From Gigantopelta aegis (lineage: Eukaryota): a DNA stretch of 64,000 nt. The position numbers were made by a program, and so were the translations under genes. Where the stretch lies: the NCBI RefSeq assembly GCF_016097555.1, contig NC_054708.1, positions 62,396,537 through 62,460,536 on the forward strand, read 5' to 3'. The notes beneath the pieces are model-generated. The model was not told where the DNA came from. It did no database searches and saw nothing but the letters and a program-made list of their open reading frames with translations. Of the stretch, positions 1 to 13,462 are shown one piece after another. How positions within the stretch are numbered: position 1 is the stretch's first letter; the number at the start of each line of letters is the position of its first letter.

Positions 1-261
1 CCATTGATAAATCCGTAAAGAAGCTAAACAAATTATTCAAGGAGGTGCATCCCCCCCACTCAGATTAAAGATAAAAAATAGAAAACTTTCGTCACTGAGA
101 TTTTTTATTTGTTTCTCGTTTCAGCCAGTGCACCACGACTGGTATATCAAAAGCCGTGGTATGTCATGGGCATACATAGGGGGGTTCGATGGGTTCGACT
201 GAAATCGCTTTTTTTATAATTTAATATATCTGACATTATTATATTTACTCAACATAGAAAT

Positions 262-1765
262 ATACTCTTCAAAAAAAGAAACGCAAAAGGGTACAAATGG
301 GTTATAACTCCGATTTTATGTTTCCTATCGGTTCATGCTTTGTGAATATAAGGTCATTGCATGTCCCAAACACATTTCCACGGTTACATTCGATAAAACG
401 CAGCTACTGTACAATAAAGTTCCAAAATGTGAATATTCGCAAAAACGCAGCCACGTGCAAACCATGTCACCACTGCACGTGCGTTGTCTGCACGTGCAAC
501 ATGAACACCGACAGTATAAAAGTGCAGGGTGTTCGCTTGCCTGGCCTCTGTATCTGGCCGACAGTTGACAATCCAGGACATGCCACGTCTCAGTGAACCG
601 CAGAGAAACCATGCCATCGGCAGACTAGACGCAGGCGAATCCAGAACGGCCGTTGCCAGGGCATTCCATGTGTCCCCAAGCACCATCTCCAGACTGGGGG
701 ACCGTTACCAGCAACATGGATCAACACGTGACCTCCCTAGATCCGGTCGACCACGGGTCACTACCCCCGGGCAGGACCGCTACATCCGGGTACGCCACCT
801 TCGGGAACGATTGACTACTGCCACCTCCACAGCCGCAGCAATACCAGGTTTGCGCAGGATATCCGACCAGACCGTACGGAACCGCCTACGTGAGGTAGGA
901 ATTCGTGCCAGACGTCCAGTTCGAGGTGTCATCTTAACACCACAACACCGTCGACTCCGACTGCAGTGGTGCCAGATTCATCGACAATGGCCTCAACTGC
1001 GATGGAGACGGGTGTGGTTCATTGACGAGTCCCGATTTCTGCTCCGACGTCATGATGGAAGATGTCGCGTGTATAGGCGTCGTGGTGAACGTTATGCGGC
1101 AAACTGCGTGCAGGAAGTGGACAGATTCGGCGGGGGTAGTGTCATGGTGTGGGCAGCCATCTCACACACTGGCAGAACTGACCTGGTCCACGTGCAGGGC
1201 AACCTGAATGCACAGGGCTACATTGACCAGATCCTCCGGCCACACATCGTTCCAGTTATGGCCAACGCCAACGCAGTGTTCCAACATGACAACGCCAGGC
1301 CTCACACAGCACGTCTCACAACGGCTTTCCTACAGAACAACAACATTAATGTCCTTCCTTGGCCATCGATATCACCGGATTTGAACCCAATTGAGCATCT
1401 AAGGGACGAGTTGGACCGACGCCTCCGACAGCGACAACCACAGCCCCAGACCCTGCCTGAGCTGGCAGCAGCCTTGCAGGCCGAGTGGGCCACCATCCCC
1501 CGGGACGTCATCCGTACTCTGGTTGCTTCAATGTGCAGGCGGTGCCAGGCAGTTGTCAACACACGCGGAGGCCACACCCGGTATTGACTCCAGATGACCT
1601 TGACCTTGGTGGTGTGTCCTATCACTTGCTCACAATGGACTAGAGTGAATTGTGAACAATCCTGCAACATTTGGTAATTATCGGACTCACCATTCAATAA
1701 TTAAATCAATTCTCCAAATGTTACGACAATGTGGTTTTGCGTTTCTTCTTTTGAAGAGTATATAT
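262..1765 (+). mobile_element. Tc1-like DNA transposon (copy A), apparently full-length with TIR-like ends
   Basis: Shared terminal motif atatactcttcaaaa(a/g)aagaaacgcaaaa at 263-291 and inverted at 1739-1763. Internal intact transposase ORF. Length about 1.5 kb. Confidence 0.7.
529..1587 (+). CDS. Tc1/mariner-superfamily transposase (DD34E), intact 352-aa ORF
   Basis: N-terminal paired-like HTH (HVSPSTISRL, SGRPRVTTPGQDRYI). Catalytic motifs WFIDESRF ... FQHDNARPHTA ... SPDLNPIEHLRDEL. No internal stops. Confidence 0.9.
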   Translation: MFACLASVSGRQLTIQDMPRLSEPQRNHAIGRLDAGESRTAVARAFHVSPSTISRLGDRYQQHGSTRDLPRSGRPRVTTPGQDRYIRVRHLRERLTTATSTAAAIPGLRRISDQTVRNRLREVGIRARRPVRGVILTPQHRRLRLQWCQIHRQWPQLRWRRVWFIDESRFLLRRHDGRCRVYRRRGERYAANCVQEVDRFGGGSVMVWAAISHTGRTDLVHVQGNLNAQGYIDQILRPHIVPVMANANAVFQHDNARPHTARLTTAFLQNNNINVLPWPSISPDLNPIEHLRDELDRRLRQRQPQPQTLPELAAALQAEWATIPRDVIRTLVASMCRRCQAVVNTRGGHTRY

Positions 1766-2460
1766 GCCCAATATCTCTGCAATCTATTTTGGAACCCCCC
1801 TTTTCAAAATCCTATGTACGCCCATGTATGTGCTATCATGTCTGGGATGGTGCATATAAAAATAAATCTCTTGATACTAATGGAGGAATATAGCGGGTTT
1901 CCTCTCTAACATTATATGTAAAAGTTACCAAATGTTTGACATCCAGTAGCCGATGATTGATAAATCAATTGCTGTAATTGTGTTGTTAAACAAAGCAAAC
2001 TTTGATGGGTTGTATTATGGTATGGCATCATCCGTCTGTCTATAAATGTTTTTTTCCCAGAGCATATCTTTATCAATTCATATAGGGTCATAAAAACCAT
2101 GCATTTAAGTATAACTTGTAGCATGTACCATAACTAGGTTACCACAACCTACTTTTCATTGATTACTGCAAATTAAAGGAAATCCTTGTCCAGGCCATAT
2201 CTTCCTTATCAGTTCATATAGGATCGTCAAATTTTGTATACAGGTACAACTTAAAATGGTGATGTGTTCATTTACCATAAATAGGTCAGTGCGATCTACT
2301 TTTGACTGTTACTCAGCAGTACATGTACTCTTGTTATATACTGATAGAAAGAAATAAGGGAACAGTATTACAGATCAAACTAAATTAAATACTAGCATAG
2401 TAATGTCTATATTACAAAGATGTAGTATGGAAGTGAATGTCTGTAACACTTAACTTATTG

Positions 2461-3966
2461 ACACAATGGATGAACGTTCTAGTTGTCACTCTGCTGTTAG
2501 TAGCAGGATTTAGCTCAGTCAGTCGATCAACACAATGGACGAACGTTCTAGTTGTCACTCTGCTGTTAGTAGCAGGATTTAGCTCAGTCAGTCGATCAAC
2601 ACAATGGACGAACGTTCTAGTTGTCACTCTGCTGTTAGTAGCAGGATTTAGCTCAGTCGATCAACACAATGGACGAACGTTCTAGTTGTCACTCTGCTGT
2701 TAGTAGCAGGATTTAGCTCAGTCAGTCGATCAACACAATGGACGAACGTTCTAGTTGTCACTCTGCTGTTAGTAGCAGGATTTAGCTCAGTCAGTCGATC
2801 AACACAATGGACGAACGTTCTAGTTGTCACTCTGCTGTTAGTAGCAGGATTTAGCTCAGTCAGTCGATCAACACAATGGACGAACGTTCTAGTTGTCACT
2901 CTGCTGTTAGTAGCAGGATTTAGCTCAGTCAGTCGATCAACACAATGGACGAACGTTCTAGTTGTCACTCTGCTGTTAGTAGCAGGATTTAGCTCAGTCA
3001 GTCGATCAACACAATGGACGAACGTTCTAGTTGTCACTCTGCTGTTAGTAGCAGGATTTAGCTCAGTCAGTCGATCAACACAATGGACGAACGTTCTAGT
3101 TGTCACTCTGCTGTTAGTAGCAGGATTTAGCTCAGTCAGTCGATCAACACAATGGACGAACGTTCTAGTTGTCACTCTGCTGTTAGTAGCAGGATTTAGC
3201 TCAGTCAGTCGATCAACACAATGGACGAACGTTCTAGTTGTCACTCTGCTGTTAGTAGCAGGATTTAGCTCAGTCAGTCGATCAACACAATGGACGAACG
3301 TTCTAGTTGTCACTCTGCTGTTAGTAGCAGGATTTAGCTCAGTCAGTCGATCAACACAATGGACGAACGTTCTAGTTGTCACTCTGCTGTTAGTAGCAGG
3401 ATTTAGCTCAGTCAGTCGATCAACACAATGGACGAACGTTCTAGTTGTCACTCTGCTGTTAGTAGCAGGATTTAGCTCAGTCAGTCGATCAACACAATGG
3501 ACGAACGTTCTAGTTGTCACTCTGCTGTTAGTAGCAGGATTTAGCTCAGTCAGTCGATCAACACAATGGACGAACGTTCTAGTTGTCACTCTGCTGTTAG
3601 TAGCAGGATTTAGCTCAGTCAGTCGATCAACACAATGGACGAACGTTCTAGTTGTCACTCTGCTGTTAGTAGCAGGATTTAGCTCAGTCAGTCGATCAAC
3701 ACAATGGACGAACGTTCTAGTTGTCACTCTGCTGTTAGTAGCAGGATTTAGCTCAGTCAGTCGATCAACACAATGGACGAACGTTCTAGTTGTCACTCTG
3801 CTGTTAGTAGCAGGATTTAGCTCAGTCAGTCGATCAACACAATGGACGAACGTTCTAGTTGTCACTCTGCTGTTAGTAGCAGGATTTAGCTCAGTCAGTC
3901 GATCAACACAATGGATGAACGTTCTAGTTGTCACTCTGCTGTTAGTAGCAGGATTTAGCTCAGTCA
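2461..3966. repeat. 69-bp tandem array, about 22 nearly identical copies (one 65-bp variant)
   Basis: Unit is acacaatggacgaacgttctagttgtcactctgctgttagtagcaggatttagctcagtcagtcgatca. The unit 3' part matches a SINE tRNA-like head (ggacttagctcagtcggtcaagtgg at 53298). The array runs straight into a SINE body at 3962. Confidence 0.95.
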
Positions 3967-5281
3967 GTCGATCAAACTACCTTGGTGGATCCAGTCAACT
4001 GATTGTTTTTTTCTTGTTCCAACCAGTGCACGTCAACGGCCATCACCTATGGTATGTGCTTTACTGTCTTTGGGAAAGTGCATATAAAAGATCCCTTGCT
4101 GCTAATGGAAAAATGTAGCAGGTTTCATCTGATGACCGAGTCAGAATTACCAAAATGTTGGACATTCAATAGGTGATGATTAATTAATCAATGTGCTCTA
4201 GTAGTGTCGTTGAACAAATCAAACTTTTTTCTTTGCTGTTACTATTTATGTGATCCCCTATTTCTTTTCATCACTATACTCAACGCATAAATCAATGAGA
4301 TCCATCAGAACAGACAAATTACAGGAATCAGTTTAAAAACATGACTAGCTGATCCTCGGTAGCGAAAAGATGGGGAAACAATGGTATAGAGAATTTAATA
4401 ACTGCTGCTACCAAAAGGACTACCCTTAGCTCTTATATCAGTCTATTAACCAACATAACAAAACAACATATATATACCTTTCATCTGCATACAAGTCGGT
4501 AAAGTAATAATTTAAGAACCTATAGAAAACCATGTTAAATTATTTATTTACATTTTAAATTTTTTATGGTAAAGTGCGCGGTCTGTCTGGGATCGATCCC
4601 TGTCCGTGGGCCCATTGGGTAATTTCTCATTCCAGCCAGTGCACCACGACTGGTATATCAAAGGCTGTGGTATGTACTACCCTGTCTGTGGGATGATGCA
4701 TATAAAAGAACCCCATGAAGTAGCAACAGTGGGTTTCCTCTCTCAATATCTGTGGTCCGTAATCATATCTGGCACCATATAACCGTAAATAAAATGTGTT
4801 GAGTGCATCATTAAATAAAACATTTCTTTCTTTTTTTACGTACAAAAAAGAGCACGATTAACGTGCATGCACACACGCACAAACGGCAGGCTGAACGTGT
4901 CCGGCTGCACGTAGAACTGGATTCAACTAGGTTAAGTAATAATTAAGCCAACCTCTGGATGGCAAAACATGCGACAGTAGGCCCTTATACTGTTTTGTTT
5001 TGTTTGTTTGTTTGTTGTTATTTTTTGTGGGGTTTTGTGTTGTTGTTTTTTTGTGGGTTTTTTTTTTTGTGGGTTTTTTTTTTGGGGGGGGGGGAGAGGG
5101 GGTTATGCTGTACATTAAACCGAATGACCACTTTGCGAACCAGTCAAAATAATTTGCAAACGTTTAACGAAAAACGACTGGCTAGCCGTATGCCACATTT
5201 GTGACGCTGGAAAACATGTCAGTTTTCAAACCGAGTATTATAGCTTCTAACCCGTCTAAACTCTTTCCCCTGCTACCGGCC

Positions 5282-5650
5282 TCGGTGGCGTCGTGGTTAG
5301 GCCATCGGTATACAGGCTGGTAGGTACTGGGTTCGGATGCCAGTCGAAGCATGGGATTTTTAATCCAGATACCGACTCCAAACCCTGAGCAAGGCTCAAT
5401 GGGTAGGTGTAAACCACTTGCAAGGACCAGTGATCCATAACTGGTTCAACAAAGGCCATGGTTTGTGCTATCCTGCCTGTGGGAAGCGCAAATAAAAGAC
5501 CCCTTGCTGCTAATCGGAATGAATAGCCCATATAATGGCGACAGCGGGTTTCCTCTCAAAATCTGTGTGGTCCTTAACCATATGTCTCACGCCATATAAC
5601 CGTAAATAAAATGTTGAGGGAGTCGTTAAATAAAAAAATTCTTTCTCTCC
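5282..5650 (+). mobile_element. tRNA-derived SINE (head type 2: GGCGTCGTGGTTAGGCC...GGGTTCGGATGCC; shared core; tail ...ccgtaaataaaatgt...ttaaataaaa)
   Basis: Near-identical copy at 10990-11345. Core ggtttgtgctatcctgcctgtgggaagcgcaaataaaagacccc and ...gggtttcctct are shared with the other SINE types. Confidence 0.8.
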
Positions 5651-8600
5651 CCTGCTAAATTCCATGTACACGCGCCTGATAATAATAATAATAATAAATG
5701 GCGAGTTCATGTTCAGACTGTTTATTATTTTATTTCAGCGTATTTGCAGTTATTTTCGTCATGAAATAATATATATTTTAAAATTATTTTATTATATAGC
5801 CGGCCCTCATTTGCCAAGTCTCTATACACGAACGTTTATATAAAATTCTAAAATACATTATATGGTTGTCGTATATACAGCCTCATCACTACGAGTCTGT
5901 TTTGCCGTATTTTTATGACTTTTCACAAGAAAACTTCAAAATTTTAAAAATGAAGCGTGTCATGGAATTCCCTCGATTGTAGTTCAATTAAAATGTTTTG
6001 GATCATACAATAACTAGGTTTGGTATTCCAAATGAATGTAATTTCCATTTATAATCCATATTTAGAGAAATAAAGCCCACTAAATCCGTGATTGAGCACC
6101 TTTAAGAACTCGCTCTGGGTTGGAGTCGGTACCGGGTTGCGAACCCTGTACCTGCCAGCCTGTAGTCCGATGGCTTAACCACTGCACCACCGGGGCCGAT
6201 TATGGACATACATGTACTATCAGTGGCACCTGTTTGGAAATGAATATCAATTGAATGTAGTCGATGGTAGGTGTACTAGACTAATATCAATGATGTTTCC
6301 TGCAATACTCTGACAAACAAGGATATCCTCTCGGTCATAAAATGAAAGAGTCTGACAATAACAAATGTGATTGCTGCACAATGAACATTGTACAGAAAAA
6401 TTAATTTATAACAAACAATACTTAAGTAAAGAAAATATTTATTAATGAAGTAACCAAATGACTTGTAGTTTTTCCAAAAACGTTAGTCAAGGCATATTCA
6501 ATTTTACAGGACAAAGCAACATAACAAAGTGGATCCATATCAAAAACTCCAAGGAGAAAACCACCTTTTCAAAACAGTAGGTCCAGGCAAAATACCCTGG
6601 AAACTACTGTTTGGAGCTTTTGAGACTTTTTTTTTCTTATTGATATAAATTTATGTTGAGAATTCCAATTACAAAATTACTACCTTACATTTAGGATGCA
6701 CATGTTGAATGGTGTATTTACAAGTACTATTAATATGCAATGTTATGAATACAGTAAACAACATAAGCATACAGGGCAAGGGTGGGCATGGTGATTTTTG
6801 CATAGTTAAATGAAAATACCCAAATCTTGATAACAATGTTTATTCATATTTCAATTGGTACCAAACAGCTATATATGGTTTCAAACAAATTACTACACTT
6901 TGTTTACATGGATTACAACTAACATTAGTTGAAAATACATGGTGAAAATTTTACGGCCACCTCATTTTGGCTGAATGTCCTTGGTTTTTGCCTGAATAAA
7001 ATATTTCCTCCAGCATTGGGGGTGGTGGTGACTGAGCCCCCACCTTGTATGCATATGGTAAACAATTTACATGTAAACATCACAGATCATACAAGATTTT
7101 GTAATCATGGAAATTGCTTGCATTCCACTTGACTATACAAAACTAATATCTGTTGCTCTATATGTCTGATCAAAACTGAACATTTTAATTAATTTTGGAA
7201 ATGATCTGAAAGGATTTGAAACAACAGCAACAATATAATGTCATTAAACATTGGTCTACATTCACATTTTAAATCTAAAATAAGATTTCCATATCTACAC
7301 CAAAATACAAAAGTACATAAAATAGAAATAAATTCTTAGAAAGACGAGTAACAGACTGAGCAGATTAAAATGTCTAATGAGTGCATTATTTTCTTTCCTA
7401 CATGCCCGTTGTATCACAAAGACTTGAATTTCTTTTAAACCTGATTTTTGAGGATATGTACGAAATAGAATGCTACACTCATGTGCATTAGATACCATTT
7501 ACCCTAAAAGTAATTTGCATTAGATACCATTTACCCTAAAAGTAAATTTTAAAAAGTATCCAACAATTCATTGTACGGTAAATGGTATCATGTAATATTC
7601 TGTATTTAAATGAGTTTAAGGAGGAAAGCTTTACTTGTGGAACTTTAATTAAATGTTTTTGTCCATATGAATGGACTATCTCAGGCCCTCAGACTTCACG
7701 GAAACGGTTGGTAAAATAATTGAACCAAAATTTTGTTTCCTATGATTATTTTATCAAGTACAACTATTTAACGAAAATAACATAATTATATATAATTATA
7801 TTTTTAAAACAGTTTCCGACGGGTTCCCATGATCACAAGGCATGGAACTGAAAAAGTGTTCCCCATGAAATCTGAAATCCTATGGCCTGGTATTTTAGGA
7901 AGATGTAAACATTTAAAAGCTTTTATCCTGCAACTACTGTTTATACAAACAGATTATGATGGTCAATTAATGTTATAAATAGCTGCTAGCATAAAGTGAC
8001 ATAAATCCTAACTTGGCTCATTTACTCTGGTCTAGGTTTTCCAAATGCATAGTTCTACCTGAATATTATCTGAGGTTTTTAAGTAACAAGTCACAGCCTA
8101 GTAACCTCATGAAAATCGTTATAATAAAATATATACACTTGTGAAATAAATAAAATAATAACACAAAACCTTACAAATAAAGAATATACCTGGTAGTTTA
8201 AGAAACTGCTATAGTCATCTAATTTGTTAGGTCCCAAAACCAATTTTTTTTATTTTTTAATTTTTTTTTTAGAAGGATCAGTTAATAAGCACTACAATAT
8301 TTGTAATAGACCTGATTTTTCAACCTTTAATATCCAAAGTAAAAATCTGTAAGTAATAAGACATTCAAATTCATGGCTCTGAGAATTGTATTGCCTGTAA
8401 ATTAAAATGTCCAAGTGCTGGACTAACAGAATGATTATTTGTGTAATTATCAGAGGCTGAAACTATTATAACATTCTCTATTACGTTATTTTAAGTAACA
8501 TGATCTGCCAACAGTTGACCTAAAACATAACATTCCAGTAACAAGACTATGAAAGCCCAGAAAATTAAGTAACCTCACTGAGGGTAACCTCTGCAACATG

Positions 8601-9707
8601 TAGGGATAGTTTACTTAATGACTTATATTCAATTTTATAATGTTATGAAGAGAAACAAATGTAAAAACATTACCATAGACTAATGAAATAACAGACAATC
8701 CAGATCATTAAATATTTTTAAACACAGCAAAACCATACCCATATTAAATGCAAAACATTTGTTCTTGTCCATATAAACTATGATGTGATATGACTTTTAT
8801 AAAATTTACAAAACATATAAAAAGAAACTGTCAGTTCTAACAGCAGATGATAAGTATTCAACACTGTGATTATCTGATTATTGTGTTTACACACATATTT
8901 ATCAATACAGTTCCGGTGAACTCATAGGTGGACATTTATCAACTGTATAATGCTCGGTGGGGTGTGTGATATGGAATGTGTTATGTTTGTGGTTAGTATT
9001 AAAAGTACATGGGAAGGTGGGTAAAAAATTACCACACTACATACAGTAGTTATTGAATGGATCCTGAACCATTAGAACAAAATCAACATTAAAACTATAA
9101 AAGCATTTCTATTGTAAACAGTAAAAAACATCACAGCCTTCCTCAATCTGATCTTGTATAATAAAAAAATCACAATCAGCATCACAAGTTTAATTGAATA
9201 CACGAATATCATAATAAATGACATATCATTTTATTAAACTAACCAATTTTTACCAATTATTTGTAAAACAATTTTACCTGACAACTACCTCATATTTTAC
9301 AATTATACTAAAAATAAGAGTACTTACTGTACTACAATTTGACACTAACAGATTTTGTTCTTGGAATTAAAATTATAGTATGCAATATAACCAATCCATT
9401 TGTGAATTCAAAATCACTTTACTCCACTGATTTTTAATACCATTTCCATTATAGGGAAATGTAACAGAAAAAAATAAATATTTAATAACTTTACACAAAC
9501 ATGAAATGATCCAATTCTTAGTCTACTCCTCAACATGTGGCCTGGTTTCTTGCTTATCTACTAATATTATGGCACTAATCTGTGACCAGAAAAAAATATA
9601 TGTTGAAAGATTGTTATATTATGCAGTTGATATCGGAGTATTTTGTATCTATCTGTATCTAATATGTTTTGTTTGTAAGTCTGTTTAAACAGTGGAAATA
9701 ATGTGAA

Positions 9708-9815
9708 TTAATTTGTGCTGTCGATCAGACTGCCTGAATTGGTGAAAAGGTTGATGGGATTGCTTGCATCAGCGAACAAGACATCTTTCACTCCAAGGGC
9801 CTCCAAGAACTTCAC
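9708..9815 (-). CDS. MVP: MVP last coding exon (VKFLEALGVKDVLFADASNPINLFTNSGSLIDSTN*); stop TAA at 9708-9710
   Basis: Matches human [32 protein letters not shown]. Acceptor ttcttcag. A possible poly(A) signal (AATAAA on the minus strand) lies near 9228. Confidence 0.85.
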   Translation of the reverse strand: MKFLEALGVKDVLFADASNPINLFTNSGSLIDSTN

Positions 9816-10833
9816 CTGAAGAAGAGAAAACAGAAACTGATTATTTGACAGTTCAATGCATCCTTTAAGCTTCACCATTAGATTGCAGAGATAAAAGTGA
9901 CAACGAAAACAAAAACATCCAGCAAAAAACGATTTTGATTTTTTTATAATGTTAATTAAAAGAAAACAGAAATATACTAATAAGATATGAACATTAATGA
10001 TGATGATGATTATTATATTAATCAATATGTTGCTGTATGGTTTGTGACCAACATTAAAACAGAAAATTTGTTATCATGAAAGAATGAATGAATGAATGTT
10101 TAATGACAAAAATACACACCAGCTACTGGGTGTCAGAAAATGTATTGTGGTCAGAGTCAAATTTATTTGTTAATTGAAGCAAACTGTTTTAAGTACCGTA
10201 CCTCTAATGTGGTCACAAGCTATGAGGTGGGTTACTGATTTAATTGTCTGGTAGACTCCAAAACATAGTGCACACATATTATGTGAAACATCTCCGTAAA
10301 TACTAGATGAGCAAAGCTCATCTGATTTAGAGTGGAAAAGGAAAGTTATAATAAGCTAGCACTTTATTATATAAGATAATGTTAAACTGTCTAGAACTGT
10401 AAAAGGAAAAAACTGTTGTTGCCACATAGGCATAAACAGCATTTTTAATAACAACTCTCCAGTAGAGTGCATGTAATAGTTTACAAGCAGAAGGAAAGAA
10501 TGGATGAATGAATCATTAACAACACTCCAGCACAACCCCCCTCCCACTACCCCTTAGCCCCCCAAAACCAACAACCTCAAACAACATTGGCTATTGGGTG
10601 CCAAACAAAGGTAAATAAATATATATATATATGACTAAATTTATGAGGTAAGAAGAAAGCTTTTGGTAGACACTCCACCAATGAGGAGCTGAAGAATACT
10701 GTCACTGTAAGTCATTTTCATTCACCAATTGGTCCAGCAAGGGAGGTCACTCCTACAAGTCAGTGAGGAGAGTTCTCTATCACTGTGGTACAGTTATACG
10801 AGAAGATAAACTACTAGAGGTTAGAGTTCTTAC

Positions 10834-10914
10834 CTTCAGATCAGGTCCTGCTCTAGCCATGGATGCCAAGGTCTCGGATCCCATACAACCTACCATTTCT
10901 CTTAGTCGGTTCAC
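10834..10914 (-). CDS. MVP: MVP exon (VNRLREMVGCMGSETLASMARAGPDLK)
   Basis: Matches human [24 protein letters not shown]. Acceptor tgacag, donor GTAAG. Confidence 0.8.
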
Positions 10915-10989
10915 CTGTCACAGAAACACAGTGGGTTTACTAAGCAGATTATGTTCCAACTGCCAAGATACAAGCCACAAAATTAAATC

Positions 10990-11345
10990 ATTAAATCCAT
11001 TTACTGGCGTCGTGGTTAGGCCAGTCGAGGCATGGGATTTTTAATCCAGATACCGATTCCAAACCCTGAGTGAGTGCTCCGCAAGGCTCAATGGGTAGGT
11101 GTAAACCACTTGCACCGACCAGTGATCCATAACTGGTTCAATAAAGGCCATGGTTTGTGCTATCCTACCTGTGGGAAGCGCAAATAAAAGATCCCTTGCT
11201 GCTAATCGGAAAGAGTAGCCCATGTAGTGGCGACAGCGTGTTTCCTCTAAAAAAACTGTGTGGTCCTTAACCATGTGTCTGGTGCCATATAACCGTAAAT
11301 AAAATGTGTTGAGTGCATCGTTAAATAAAACATTTCTTTCTTTCT
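10990..11345 (+). mobile_element. tRNA-derived SINE (head type 2)
   Basis: About 90% identical to 5282-5650. Confidence 0.8.
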
Positions 11346-11674
11346 TTTTTTTAATATCCATTTGTTCTTTAAAAAGCAATAAAATATGTTTCAATCAATC
11401 AATTAAATTTTATTTTAAACCACATCTGTATAAAGGAAAAATGTGGCAGAACCACCAGGCATAAAATAATCATTTGAGTGCCTCCCATAATTAATGCCCC
11501 ATGGGATCAATTCCAGAACAGCTCTTAATAGGACAACTCAAAATGGCTTGGTCAATACAGATAGTGTTAACAACTCGGCTGAGATTATACAAATTCTATT
11601 TTATACTTGACAAACAGTTATAAGGAACATGAAACAATTTACATGTACTTGAAGAATCCTGAAAGTAAACAAAC

Positions 11675-11755
11675 CTCAATTTCTGCTTTCTGCTTCTTCA
11701 TGAACAACTCAAGTTCATTCTGACGTCTGAGATATTTGATCTCATTTGATCTGAC
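11675..11755 (-). CDS. MVP: MVP exon (VRSNEIKYLRRQNELELFMKKQKAEIE)
   Basis: Matches human/sea urchin ...REAEINYAREQNELEISKAKEMADIE. Acceptor ctgacag, donor GTTTGT. Confidence 0.8.
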
Positions 11756-12237
11756 CTGTCAGTAAAAAGAATATTGTAGTTACATTTATCCTATAACTTA
11801 CATAAACCCATTTGTTATTTATCATTATTAACAATGTTAATATTTTTTTTGCTGTCAATGGGTCATTTGTTTACAAGCCAACAAGACCTGTACATTCATG
11901 AGTGTAACGTTTTGATAAAATTTAGTTTAAGTGTGCTATGATGATGATGTCACAATTACTGATGATGGCAACTTTAGAACTGTGATTTACTAAATATCAA
12001 ATTAAAATGTTATTTTAGAAGTGTTATAGGATAAACAGAATTTTCTACTCATGATTTTTAATATGTAAAATATCAAACTTGCCATTAATATCAATTTGTC
12101 TTGGTAGAGCCTCAACAAATACTGATTAACATGACTTGGTGAATATTTTACATACTGATAAACACTCATGAAGAATCCTATGAAACTACTTTTAGTAAAT
12201 TAATAACATTATCTCATTTAAAATACTAAGCATAATT

Positions 12238-12556
12238 CATGGATGTGAGAGCTACGCGGAAAAGCATAAATGCGCTTTTCCATTTCGTCTTAAAACACCC
12301 CCCCCCAAAAACCAGATGCACCTTTTGGCGGACAGAGACTGTCGCGCTGCGCACAAGAGTTAGATCGCAAGTAGTATCGTGTGATCGCAAGTAGTGTTCA
12401 CGAATAGTACATTCCCATGGCTGGATTTCATCAGCTTTGCTGCGATTGGCCAGTTTTGTCTAAACCAGGATATGCTATTTGAAAGCCTTTGTTTGACTTG
12501 GGAAGAAAGAAGGTGAGCAGTAAGCTGTTTTGTTTCAGCCCCTCTCACATCCCTGA
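12238..12556. mobile_element. Possible MITE with 11-bp TIRs ggatgtgagag ... ctctcacatcc
   Basis: TIRs at 12241-12251 and 12542-12552. GC-richer interior than the flanks. Confidence 0.35.
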
Positions 12557-13462
12557 TAATTCTTTGGTGTCATGTTTTGTTTATGAATGAAATATTACTG
12601 TAAATCAGGAAATGTTAGTGAGCATAAAATGTTAGCGAATTTAGTGAGGTCATACAAGATGCTAATATTTGATGACGCTAAATTTAAAGAGACATACAAT
12701 GGATTGTTCCAATAACATCTGTAATGAACTGAATTCGGAACAATGGTTACATGCTATTGATTAAATCAAAAAGATAGCAAACAATAGTTAGTTAGCATGC
12801 AAATTACTGCAATGTTCTACTAAATTCAAAATGTTTGTAAGCTGCATAATGTCAAGATTCGTCAAAAACATTATTTCAGCTGATCCTATAACTTAAGCTT
12901 TTTCTTTTTTTTAGTTTCTGATGTCGCTTATTTGAATTTAGCTAAATTTTAAGATAACTAATATTTTATGATTTACAGTATTTTGATAATTGCAATCTGT
13001 CATTGTGGGTTTTTTTTAAATGCTTCGATGATATTAACTTAAAGATAGTGTTGAAATTTGAAAAGTTAACAACAGAAAAGACTTGAGCATACTGGAATGT
13101 AATACAGAAGCATGATACTTTTAAAATATCTTATTGGAGAAAATAAGATATCACACCAACACTAAGAGCAAAGAGTGACTGCAACCAAAACTCGCATCCA
13201 GTTTCAGGAAGCTAACCATATTCAATCCCACAATTTTATATTTTATTCAAACATTTCGACATGTATAGTGAATTAAATTTGGTCTGCAATTCCAAGTGTT
13301 CCCTTATTTCTTTATCTCAGTATTTATTAATTTTATATAACTTTGCAGTTGAAACATTTTCAAACCGATCTCAATTTTGCTGAAAAACCCAACAAACCCA
13401 CCCTCCAACAAACACAGAAGGAAAAGAATGGATGACACTCAACATAATTCCCACACACTGAC

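Noticed and set aside
297-686. ORFs 297..596, 325..612, 335..568 and 384..686
   Set aside because: Overlapping alternative-frame and antisense ORFs inside the 5' part of the Tc1 element. Only the 529..1587 frame has transposase homology.
1022-1697. ORFs 1022..1207 (+) and 1302..1697 (-)
   Set aside because: Internal out-of-frame or antisense ORFs within the Tc1 transposase gene, with no homology.
2412-3934. Long ORFs (428 aa on the minus strand, 82 aa on the plus strand) running through the 69-bp array
   Set aside because: The unit length (69) is a multiple of 3, so any stop-free unit stays open across all copies. The product would be a pure 23-aa repeat (VTTRTFVHCVDRLTELNPATNSR), and the sequence is SINE-derived and intronic.
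5282-5355. tRNA-like sequences (here and at about 6110-6200, 11000-11060, 33610-33690, 39880-39960, 49390-49460 and 51160-51240) as tRNA genes
   Set aside because: They are the 5' heads of SINEs, always followed by the shared SINE core and tail. They lack a complete cloverleaf and anticodon arm.
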